A stretch of DNA of 32,000 nt from Gemmata obscuriglobus. Its GTDB lineage: Bacteria > Planctomycetota > Planctomycetia > Gemmatales > Gemmataceae. The DNA lies in assembly GCF_008065095.1 (NCBI RefSeq), contig NZ_CP042911.1, positions 2,130,001 to 2,162,000 on the forward strand. The letters run 5' to 3'. The position numbers and the translations under genes are program-made. Positions 17,480-25,388 of the stretch are shown here, one piece after another (within the stretch, counting starts at the first letter, position 1; each line of letters opens with the position of its first letter). The notes below the pieces were generated by a model that made no database searches, was not told where the DNA came from, and saw only the letters and a list, made by a program, of their open reading frames with translations.

Positions 17480-18356
17480 CGTGCTGGTCCTCACAGCAGC
17501 CGTCGAAAGCTTGCACCGAGCTTACCCGGGGGAATATCTCGTATCGGTCCAGACGACCGCACCTGAAATTTGGTGGCACAACCCCGGAGTTACCGACACC
17601 CCGGCGTACCAGTGTGCAATTTTGGAAATGGAATATCCGGCCATTCACGAGTGCGGCACTCGGCACGTCCATTTCATGCACGCCTTCTGCGAATATCTGT
17701 CGAATTTGATCGGCCGTCCAGTGCCTTTGGCAGTGAACCGGCCGCACCTGTACCTAGCCCCCGACGAACAAAAGCCGCTGGACGCTGTTCGGACCGATGT
17801 CCCGTACTGCGTCATCAATGCCGGGCACAAACTAGACTACACGGCCAAGTTCGCTAGCACGGCAATTTGGCAGGAGGTGGTGGATTATTTCCGGGGGCGG
17901 CTTCAATTCGTTCAGGTGGGAGAAGCGAATCCGCACCACATCCATCGCCCTCTGGAGGGAGTGCTGAACCTGATCGGCAAAACGACATTCCGTGAGTTCT
18001 TTCGGCTGGTTCGGTATTCGACGGTGGCGTGCGGTCCGGTTTCGTTTTTGATGCACACGGCCGCTGCGTTCGAGGTGCCTTATGTGTGCCTGGCCGGGGG
18101 CCGGGAGGAGCCGTCATGGGCGGCGTATTCCACGACTCAGTATCTGCACACGATGGGGGCGTTGGACTGTTGCCGCACATCGAGAGCGTGCTGGAAGTCG
18201 AGGACGGTGCCGCTGAAGGACGGAAATCGAAATGACCTGTCGCTTTGTTCGCTGCCGGTGATCCAGGACGACGGTGAAGCGGTGCCGAAATGCCTAGATA
18301 TGATTGGTGCCGCCGGCGTAATTCGGGCCATTGATCAGCAACTGGGAGGCAGATGA
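17400..18356 (+). CDS. Glycosyltransferase family 9 (heptosyltransferase)-like protein
   Basis: AAGGAG-aac-ATG at 17400 lies inside an ORF open from TTG 17292. NLIGKTTFREFFRLVRYSTVACGPVSFLMHTAAAFEVPYVCLAGG matches the GT9 C-terminal nucleotide-sugar binding signature (recall only). Confidence 0.7.
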   Translation: MGNGVPLEKQAAPPYRLHLRQGQCPGDVLVLTAAVESLHRAYPGEYLVSVQTTAPEIWWHNPGVTDTPAYQCAILEMEYPAIHECGTRHVHFMHAFCEYLSNLIGRPVPLAVNRPHLYLAPDEQKPLDAVRTDVPYCVINAGHKLDYTAKFASTAIWQEVVDYFRGRLQFVQVGEANPHHIHRPLEGVLNLIGKTTFREFFRLVRYSTVACGPVSFLMHTAAAFEVPYVCLAGGREEPSWAAYSTTQYLHTMGALDCCRTSRACWKSRTVPLKDGNRNDLSLCSLPVIQDDGEAVPKCLDMIGAAGVIRAIDQQLGGR

Positions 18357-19882
18357 GCGACGGGAAAAAGCTGGTTCAGTTCTTCGACCACGGCCTCGGA
18401 GATTGTGTGCAGTACGTCACGCTGCTCCAGTTGTACAAACGGCGGGGGTACGACGTTCGGTGCCACTGGGAACCGAACAAAGAACACGTGTTCCAGGCCG
18501 CCGGGATCGGGCACCAGCAGACGCTTAAGCACAATCCGTGGAAGTACTACCCGGGCTTCAATTCCCCGAAACCAGAACAGGACGGCAGCGGCAACAAGAC
18601 CTTCTTGAATTTGAACCGGGACGGCCTTCCGCACATCGGCGAACCCGATGAGCTTTGGGACGAACTGTGCCAAGTGAACCTGGAAGACAGTTTCGACAAG
18701 CTCATCACGCCGGAAGTGCGGGCCGAGGTGGATCGATTCCTTGACGGCCTGCCCCGACCGATCGTCTGTATTCACAGTAAAGGCACGAACTTTCAGGGCG
18801 AGAAAACAATTCCGGATAAGGCGATTTCCGAGGTGTACTCATTGCTCCTTGACGGGATGCCGGGGTCGTTGGTTCTGATGGACTGGGACAACCGGGTGCC
18901 CCGGCCGCCGCATGGTCGTATTCGTCACGTGAAGCGGGACTGGGGCCACATTTCCGTTCTGCAAACAGCAGCCCTGTTGAGTGCGTCGGACCTCCTGATC
19001 GGCATCGATTCCGGCCCGTACCACCTGGCCGCAATGACTCGAACTCCGGCTTTGGGCGTGTTTCACCACTTTTACCCATCGTGCGTGACGTTGCCCCGGC
19101 CAACGCTGAAAAACGTCGTCATGACCCGGAATGCGAATTCGTACAAACCGGTGAACCAGGCCCGGCGAAAGCGGTGGAGTGTGGTGGAATACGGCGGAGC
19201 TTTGCCGTCTGCTTCGGACATCGCCACTCACGCTTTACGGATGCTAACCGGACCTCGTTACGGACTTCCGTTGGGCCGGGACGTGATGCTTCAACAAATG
19301 GTCCGAGACTGGTTGAAAGCGAGTACTGGCACCTCGGCGTTGGCAGACCGGAACAACACGATGGACTGGTTGTTTCGAGAGCTTGGCCGTTTTCCGAACC
19401 CGCAAATTGTTGAAACCGGTAGTATTCGAAGCCGGGAGGATTGGTCGGCGGGCTACAGTACGTACTTATTCGGGTGCTATTTGGACGGCCGGAATGCGGG
19501 GCAACTGACTTCGACGGACGTTGACGGCGGGAATTGTGCGACGGCTCGGGAGCTTTGTCGTCCGTGGGGCGAACGGGTTTCGGTGGTCGAGTCGGATTCG
19601 GTGCAATTTTTGAAGGGATACGGCGGGAAGATCGACGTGTTGTTCCTTGATTCGATGGATTGCGAACACGCTGAACACGCTTCCCACGGACTGGCCGAGG
19701 CGAAGGCGGCCGAACCGCACTTCCACGACGGTTCAATCGTAGGGTTCGACGACACTGTTTGGCAGAGCGGGCGGTGGACCGGCAAGGGCGGCCTCGGCGT
19801 GCCCTACCTACTCGGCCAGGGGTGGAAGGTGGCGGCCAGCGGGTACCAGACATTCCTCGTTATAGGACCGGGAAAGACGTGA
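18353..19882 (+). CDS. Fusion of a GT9-like glycosyltransferase (N) and a class I SAM methyltransferase-like domain (C)
   Basis: The ATG overlaps the previous stop (ATGA). LLIGIDSGPYHLAAMTRTPALGVF is the GT9 signature. IVETGSIRS...GYST and IDVLFLDSMD resemble class I SAM-methyltransferase nucleotide-binding motifs. Confidence 0.7.
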   Translation: MSDGKKLVQFFDHGLGDCVQYVTLLQLYKRRGYDVRCHWEPNKEHVFQAAGIGHQQTLKHNPWKYYPGFNSPKPEQDGSGNKTFLNLNRDGLPHIGEPDELWDELCQVNLEDSFDKLITPEVRAEVDRFLDGLPRPIVCIHSKGTNFQGEKTIPDKAISEVYSLLLDGMPGSLVLMDWDNRVPRPPHGRIRHVKRDWGHISVLQTAALLSASDLLIGIDSGPYHLAAMTRTPALGVFHHFYPSCVTLPRPTLKNVVMTRNANSYKPVNQARRKRWSVVEYGGALPSASDIATHALRMLTGPRYGLPLGRDVMLQQMVRDWLKASTGTSALADRNNTMDWLFRELGRFPNPQIVETGSIRSREDWSAGYSTYLFGCYLDGRNAGQLTSTDVDGGNCATARELCRPWGERVSVVESDSVQFLKGYGGKIDVLFLDSMDCEHAEHASHGLAEAKAAEPHFHDGSIVGFDDTVWQSGRWTGKGGLGVPYLLGQGWKVAASGYQTFLVIGPGKT

Positions 19883-19890
19883 CGAGCGGC

Positions 19891-21213
19891 TTACTGCTTG
19901 ACCCGGGGCAGCGGAGCTACCTCGACGGCCTTAATGGTGATGATGAATTCTCCATCTGGCCTGTAGAATTTTTCTTTGTCAGGCCCACACAGATCGCCAT
20001 ATGTTCCTACTGCCATCAATATTTCGCTTGAAAGCTTATTCTTAACAAGATGGTTTCTGTATATTCTTTCGATCGTCTTGTCTAGAAGTACTCTCACCTG
20101 CGATGGCTCCGTCGCCGTGAGTAGGTCACACACGCCTTGGGTCGTCACCTTTGTTCCGAGCAGCCCTGCGTACCGAAGGGTTTTGATCCGCCGGAGGGAC
20201 ACGTCGGTGACGGCCGTCCGATCGGCCACGAACACCCCGAGGCTTACGGCACCGTCAAGGAATGAGGCTAAAGACCCGTCATCAACCGCCGTGTGAGAAA
20301 CATCAAGAAAGTCAATTTTTGCGGCGTCACTTATTTGTGGGAGAACGGTCAGGTTGTTCTTCGACAGGTTGAGCCTCTTGACGCCGTTGACCTTCAGGCT
20401 GCGAATCTTTGCATCGCTCAGCAAACAGTTGGGCAAGCTCAGACTCGTGAGGCCGTGAATTTGGCTAATAACTTGCAAGTCGGACGGTTCAAGGGCAACT
20501 CCCACAATATCAAGACTGACCAGATTCCTAATGCTCGAAACGGCCTCCACGATTGGTGCTGACTCTTCCAATTTGAGCGGCGGATTCTGCCATGCCGGCC
20601 CGTACCCCCCATTGTCACGCTCGTTCGAGTAGGTCCGAACTGTGACACTCACCTTCTGTGTCGTCGGGTCAATGTCGATGTCACAACCGACCCGGTGGTT
20701 TGTCGTCCGGCCGAGACCGGCCAGGAAAGCAACCGCTCTCTCATGACGAGCGAATGCTTCAAGTCGCTTATTCGCCTTGTCCAGTTCCTGTTCGGCACCA
20801 GCTAGCTTTAACGCAAACCCGGCCGCAAGCTTTCGCTTCTCACTCACCTCCGTTTGTGCAGCCCCGAGATTCTTGGCGGTTTGGGCCAAGTCAGCTTCCT
20901 TTTCCTTCAAAACCCACTTCAACTGGTTGATCTCGGCATTGATAGCGTCTCGTTTCACCACTAGCTCTTTCTGGTCGCCTTCCAGTTTCATTACCTGCAT
21001 GGCGACTTCGCTTTTTTTTGCCTCCAGTTCGCTCTTTTTGCTGTCAATGACGCCGGTCGAATACAGCATGTACCCAGCGATAATTGTTGCACTAACCCCA
21101 GCGGCTGTAGTCAGGCTGCTGATCCATTCAGTTGGTTTCGAGGCCCGCAGCCACGTACCCGTCACGTGCATCCAGAGCCGTGCCCACCGCCCCAGCCTCG
21201 ATTTGCTGGCCAT
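19891..21213 (-). CDS. Membrane-anchored coiled-coil leucine-rich-repeat protein (accessory/moron gene)
   Basis: ATG 21213 follows AGAGGGGA. TTG 21270 is an alternative start. It has a TM-like segment (ISSLTTAAGVSATIIAGYMLY) and ~100 aa of heptad-like charged sequence. LRR-like units follow (LTSLSLPNCLLSD, VKRLNLSKNNLTVLP, IDFLDVSHTAV). The 3' end is only about 35% GC. Confidence 0.75.
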   Translation of the reverse strand: MASKSRLGRWARLWMHVTGTWLRASKPTEWISSLTTAAGVSATIIAGYMLYSTGVIDSKKSELEAKKSEVAMQVMKLEGDQKELVVKRDAINAEINQLKWVLKEKEADLAQTAKNLGAAQTEVSEKRKLAAGFALKLAGAEQELDKANKRLEAFARHERAVAFLAGLGRTTNHRVGCDIDIDPTTQKVSVTVRTYSNERDNGGYGPAWQNPPLKLEESAPIVEAVSSIRNLVSLDIVGVALEPSDLQVISQIHGLTSLSLPNCLLSDAKIRSLKVNGVKRLNLSKNNLTVLPQISDAAKIDFLDVSHTAVDDGSLASFLDGAVSLGVFVADRTAVTDVSLRRIKTLRYAGLLGTKVTTQGVCDLLTATEPSQVRVLLDKTIERIYRNHLVKNKLSSEILMAVGTYGDLCGPDKEKFYRPDGEFIITIKAVEVAPLPRVKQ

Positions 21214-21297
21214 TGCGTCCCCTCTTGAGGTTCGCTGTCCAATTTTTGGTTCGCTGGCGAACGTTTGCAATTTTCTGCGATGCGGGGTGCGAGGTGC

Positions 21298-21333
21298 AAA
21301 AAAAAGCCCCGGGTGCCTTTTGTGTCCGGGGTA
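21298..21333 (-). terminator. Intrinsic terminator (minus strand) after the 89 aa gene
   Basis: On the minus strand CCCCGG pairs with CCGGGG across a 13 nt loop, followed by C and T8. Confidence 0.6.
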
Positions 21334-21355
21334 GGGCTAATTACTTTTGTCCGGG

Positions 21356-21625
21356 TTACTCGTGCCCATCCAACACCCTGCGGATTGTCTCCAGCACCAG
21401 TTGTTCACGCTCCTGGGCTGTCATGGTTCGGCCGTTTTGCTCCAGCCATTCGTCGGCCCGTTCCTCCATCTCCTCAATGCTCACCCGTTTCCCGCCTTGG
21501 TAAAGCTCGGATTCGTTGCCCGGATACTCTTCTGGATTGCTCCGTTTCATGAGCGTTCCGTACCACAATTTCCGCTTACCTTCGTTGTTCCACCGTAGAA
21601 ACTTCTCTACGTCACCTTCTAGCAT
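21356..21625 (-). CDS. Hypothetical 89 aa protein
   Basis: ATG ORF with balanced composition, bracketed by terminators. No motif recognised. Confidence 0.55.
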   Translation of the reverse strand: MLEGDVEKFLRWNNEGKRKLWYGTLMKRSNPEEYPGNESELYQGGKRVSIEEMEERADEWLEQNGRTMTAQEREQLVLETIRRVLDGHE

Positions 21626-21701
21626 GGGCGTACCTCCGTTCGGATTTCGAAGCCGGAGTCATTCTCTCACGAATTGCGACAATTCAAATGTGCGTTGTGC
21701 C

Positions 21702-21736
21702 AAAAAAGGAACCCCGGGTGCTTTGGGTCCGGGGTT
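21702..21736 (-). terminator. Intrinsic terminator (minus strand) after the zinc-ribbon gene; similar in sequence to the one at 21298-21333
   Basis: On the minus strand AACCCCGG pairs with CCGGGGTT across an 11 nt loop, followed by CC and T6. Confidence 0.65.
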
Positions 21737-21770
21737 GGAGAGCGGTGGGATATTCGACTAGTAGTTAACG

Positions 21771-21977
21771 CTACGATTCGTGGCCATTCGTGCAAATGAA
21801 ATCGGCACCGTGCATATTGACGCTCGTGATTCGTGCAGGACGACCGCCGCAAATTCGGCAGCGGTAATCCTGATGGCTCACGTGCCTGACGCACCAGAGG
21901 TTTTCACACCGCCAGTCAAACGCACCTGGAGTAGTCGCCGCATTCACGAGCGTACCCCCGCAACCTGAGCACAGCAT
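21771..21977 (-). CDS. Small Cys-rich zinc-ribbon-like protein (68 aa)
   Basis: CSGC..C....C and CRIC...C...H spacing is present. GGAG lies 7 nt upstream of the ATG. Confidence 0.55.
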   Translation of the reverse strand: MLCSGCGGTLVNAATTPGAFDWRCENLWCVRHVSHQDYRCRICGGRPARITSVNMHGADFICTNGHES

Positions 21978-22080
21978 AGCTCATCTCCGAAGAGTTGGAT
22001 TGGGGGGCTAACAGCGTCCATCTTTTCATGCACCAGCCGCAGCCGCAAGGGGAGCTTTTCATAGCAATCTGTGTTGCCAC

Positions 22081-23706
22081 TTATTTCTTTTTCTTTGCGG
22101 ACTTGGCCATGTGTGCCATGTCGGTTAGTGGCACTTCGGTACCCCACACGCCTTGTTCGTCCTTCGCTGTGTCGTACCACACCTTTCGCACCGTCCCGGA
22201 GTGCAGCCGGATTGTCAGAAACACCCGCTTGTCCTCGACGCTCACTTCGATCTTTTCCAGGTGCATTAATAGCCGTTGCCGTACCTGCTCCCTGAGTTCT
22301 TTGAGTTCGGAGCCGGATTTGCTTTTCATCAGGTCAACTAGGGCTTTCGTGTCCTCGATGTTCGGCCTCGTTTGCTGGCGTGATTTCTCTTCGATTTCGT
22401 TCGTCAGCCGGGTTTTCTCGACCTGCATTTCGGCTAACTTCGCCATGACCGCTGGCACCTCTGCCCCAAGCTGGTCGAGCTGGTCAGCGATATTCTTGAT
22501 CCGCTCTTCGAGAAATTTCCTCTGAGCTTTGAGCGTCTCGATACCGTCTTCTTGGTTCTCTTGCGGTAGAAGGTCGCTTGCCTTCAATTCGTACAGCCAG
22601 TGCAGCACCACGCTTTCGAACCGTTCGTACCGCACCGCTACGTAGGGGTGCTCTTTCTTCCAGCCCAGATACGAGACGAGATACCGATAGTTGTGCTTTC
22701 CCGATTTGTTCGTCTTCGGCTTAGATATGAAAACCATATTGCAATCATGTTCTGGGTAGCGAACCAACCCCGTGAACAGGTTCACGAAATCGCCCTTCCG
22801 CCCTTGTTTGCCCGACCGGAGCTTCATTGCGTCTTGTGCAGCCCGATACGTTTTCTCATCGATAATCGGCGGGTAATATCCGGGGATGGCCGGACCGGGC
22901 TTGACCTTCTCGCCGTGTATCTGGGTCGGCAGTTCCCCCAGGACTCGGCGGTCCCTGAGAATGTCCCAGATGTATTTTTGTGCCCACCCGCTCCTGAACG
23001 GCGGTACCTTCTCTTCGAGCAATCGCCGCATTATCGATTGCAGCCCGTGCCCTTCGATGCACCAGCGGAACAGCTTCCGCACCAGCTCCACACGCTCCGG
23101 AATTTCTTCGAACCGGCCGCCGGTCACCCGGTTGTTCTTCTTCTTTTGATCCACCACCTTCAGCCACCCCGGGCAGATTTTGCTGAAAACCTTCCCTTCT
23201 GCGGCTTGGCGGTGTTTCTCCGTCCAGTTTTCCCGGGACCGAACCGCCTTTTTCTGTGACTCTTCGTGGGCCAAATAAAACCGCCAAATCAAACCCATCA
23301 GCCCCATCGGATCGTTCAAGCTGTCTTTCGTGTAAAGCCGGTACTCGATGACGCTGAACAGGTCACAGCCCTGTTCAAGTATTTTTCTCGCCACGTCCAC
23401 GCTGGCCATGATTTTGTCACGGGAGAGCCGGTCCAAGTCCTCCAGAATTAACACCGGGTTCGGTTCCAGTTGTCTCGCTTCGAGGGCTGCGAGAAATGCG
23501 GACAAATCGCCTTTGGTGCGGTTTCGGCCACGAAAGGCAGATACCCCGCAGTCCCGGTACGTTTTCGTTTGGAGTACCCACCCTTTTTCCCGGCAGATTC
23601 GTACCGTGCCTTCCGTTTGCCGTCGCTGGCTGTCACCCTTTTCTTGCTCTGGGGTGCTGAACCGTAGGTAGCTGTAGGCGGGGCGGTTCGGTGTGGTCGG
23701 GTTCAT
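22081..23706 (-). CDS. Large serine recombinase (prophage integrase)
   Basis: The N-terminal resolvase-type catalytic domain has AYSYLRFSTPEQ..GDS..RQ and LILEDLDRLSRD. A long recombinase domain and a C-terminal coiled-coil-like region follow. It is 541 aa and is the last gene before the host junction. Confidence 0.9.
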   Translation of the reverse strand: MNPTTPNRPAYSYLRFSTPEQEKGDSQRRQTEGTVRICREKGWVLQTKTYRDCGVSAFRGRNRTKGDLSAFLAALEARQLEPNPVLILEDLDRLSRDKIMASVDVARKILEQGCDLFSVIEYRLYTKDSLNDPMGLMGLIWRFYLAHEESQKKAVRSRENWTEKHRQAAEGKVFSKICPGWLKVVDQKKKNNRVTGGRFEEIPERVELVRKLFRWCIEGHGLQSIMRRLLEEKVPPFRSGWAQKYIWDILRDRRVLGELPTQIHGEKVKPGPAIPGYYPPIIDEKTYRAAQDAMKLRSGKQGRKGDFVNLFTGLVRYPEHDCNMVFISKPKTNKSGKHNYRYLVSYLGWKKEHPYVAVRYERFESVVLHWLYELKASDLLPQENQEDGIETLKAQRKFLEERIKNIADQLDQLGAEVPAVMAKLAEMQVEKTRLTNEIEEKSRQQTRPNIEDTKALVDLMKSKSGSELKELREQVRQRLLMHLEKIEVSVEDKRVFLTIRLHSGTVRKVWYDTAKDEQGVWGTEVPLTDMAHMAKSAKKKK

Positions 23707-23775
23707 GGTTTCCCCTCGATTGCCCTGATTTTAAAGCATTTCATGTGGTTGTCAAAAGTGTTGGCGGGTGCGTGG
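23707..23775. other. Prophage-host junction (attL or attR of the serine integrase)
   Basis: AT-rich phage sequence (ttttaaagcatttcatgtggttgtcaaaagtg) gives way to GC-rich comEC-like coding sequence at about 23757-23765. The exact crossover dinucleotide cannot be placed without the other junction. Confidence 0.6.
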
Positions 23776-24548
23776 TGATCGAGGCGCCGGACGGCCGGGT
23801 GCTGCTGTACGACACCGGCACCACCGCCGGCCCGGACGCGGTGCGCCGGGTGGTGGCGCCGTACCTGTGGAGCCGCGGGGTGACGCGGATCGACGAAGTG
23901 TTCTTGTCGCACGCCGACCTGGACCACTTCAACGGGGTGCCGGAACTGCTCCGGCGGTTCCACGTGGCTCAGGTGACGATGACGCCGACGTTCCCGGACA
24001 AGAATAGCCCCGGCGTGGAAGCCGTGCTAGCCGCGCTGGACCGGCACAACGTCCCGCGCGGGTTCGCGGCCGCGGGGCAGCGGTTCGTCGCGGGAGATGT
24101 CGCGCTGGAGGTGTTGCACCCGCCGCCCGTCGGCCTGGAGGGGAACGAGAACGTGCGAAGTCTGGTGCTGCTCGTGCGTCACGGCGCGCACACGGTGCTG
24201 CTGACGGGCGATCTGGAAGGGGAGGGGCAGGCGCGGGTGACGGCGCGGGCGATTGCGCCGGTGGACGTGATGCTGGCCCCGCACCACGGGGCGAAGAGTG
24301 CGAACGCGCCGCGTGGCGTGGCGGGCGCGCCGGAACCGGGTGTGATGGCGGCGTGGGCGCGTCCGAAGTTGGTGGTATCGAGCCAGCGGGCCGGGACCGC
24401 GACGGATCACCTGCCCCGGAGCTACCGCGGGGCGACGGTGTGGGACACGCCATCGGCCGGGGGAGTGACGGTGCGGAGCCACCGCACCGGGATGGTCGCG
24501 GACGCGTTCCGCACCGGCGCGCGCCAGGTGGTCGGGCGCGGGGAGTAG
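23757..24548 (+). pseudogene. comEC: comEC/rec2-like gene, 3' fragment (metallo-beta-lactamase domain only), split by the prophage
   Basis: VVIEAPDGRVLLYDTG, LSHADLDHFNG, NENVRSLVLLV, LLTGDLE and APHHGAKS are the ordered ComEC MBL-domain motifs. The membrane competence domain is absent. The upstream 66 nt of the open frame are phage-like in composition. Confidence 0.8.
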
Positions 24549-24627
24549 CGACGCAACGTCGTTCAGAACGCGCGGCGGAATTATTCCCGCTCCTAGGGGC
24601 GCCCAAGCGCGATGGAGGAACCGAGGA

Positions 24628-24710
24628 GATTTTGACAGGATCGACAGGATAAACAGGATTTTGAATCAATCTGTCTTCATCCGGTAAATCCTGTTAATCC
24701 TGTCAAAATC
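24628..24710. repeat. Palindromic element built from ACAGGAT / ATCCTGT units
   Basis: GATTTTGACAGGAT (24628-24641) is the exact reverse complement of ATCCTGTCAAAATC (24697-24710). Inner arms AACAGGATTT and AAATCCTGTT also pair. The left side carries one extra CGACAGGAT unit. Confidence 0.8.
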
Positions 24711-25294
24711 TGTCTCCGTGAGCACGTGGACTGCACGAGCCGAAACGGCGCCACGGCTATCCGCCCATTCCGCCCCCCGTTCTTATTCTGTTTGCTTCGC
24801 CCGGGTCCGGAGAAGCACCGATACACCGAACACCGACACGCTGGAGCGTTACGCACAATGAAGCATCAGAGGCCGTGCCGCTCTAATCCGCTACAAGCCG
24901 CGTACGCCGGTTACACCCGCGACGATGTGAGCGACCGAAACAGCCGGGAAGGGGAGTTCATGTGTTCCGTTTGGGGGCGGTGCTGTAACCCCCGTTACAG
25001 CCGGACACCGATGCAATCGCTGGTGCGTCGACTGGACATCCGCTGCCGTCCGACTACCCGTTCGCTGCCACTTCGCAGGGTAGTTGCTACCAACGAATTG
25101 CCCGTCTCAAGCCTTGGAAACGGCTCTCGGAAGTAACAGCGATCGGGTTGCGGTGCCGCCCGGTGTTGCTCTGTAAAGTGTTGTAATTTAATTGCTTACG
25201 AGCTTTTCTTGCTCGAACTCGCTTCTCGGGCTACGAGTTTGAAAACGGGAAACTGGCCTCGTGACATCTGCCGTACAGGTGGCGCGGCAAGTCC

Positions 25295-25344
25295 GATCGG
25301 GTAGTCGTGGCACCGATCGCTGTCGGTGCCACGACTACCCGATC
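25295..25344 (-). terminator. Perfect 22 bp-stem hairpin downstream of the minus-strand gene ending at 25389 (terminator-like, no U tract)
   Basis: GATCGGGTAGTCGTGGCACCGA, a 6 nt loop, then TCGGTGCCACGACTACCCGATC. Confidence 0.5.
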
Positions 25345-25388
25345 AACCAGTAGCTGCTGGAGAAGCAATGGAACACACGTCGGTCGAG

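Larger units (their letters stand above)
1..23760. mobile_element. Integrated siphovirus-like prophage, right-hand ~23.8 kb (left end outside window)
   Basis: Colinear order of terminase, portal, protease, capsid, connector, tail tube, chaperone and tape measure. A large serine recombinase sits at the edge. GC rises abruptly (about 57% at 7201-7260 versus about 75% at 24241-24300, hand counted) where a truncated host gene begins. Confidence 0.9.

Noticed and set aside
23929-24669. 246 aa minus-strand ORF opposite the comEC fragment
   Set aside because: It is a Pro/Arg/Ala-rich shadow ORF. The plus strand carries the ordered ComEC MBL motifs.
24726-25136. 136 aa plus-strand ORF in the host gene-poor stretch
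   Set aside because: It is an alternative-start ORF whose product is Arg/Cys/Pro-rich and random-looking. It has no RBS or recognisable motif.
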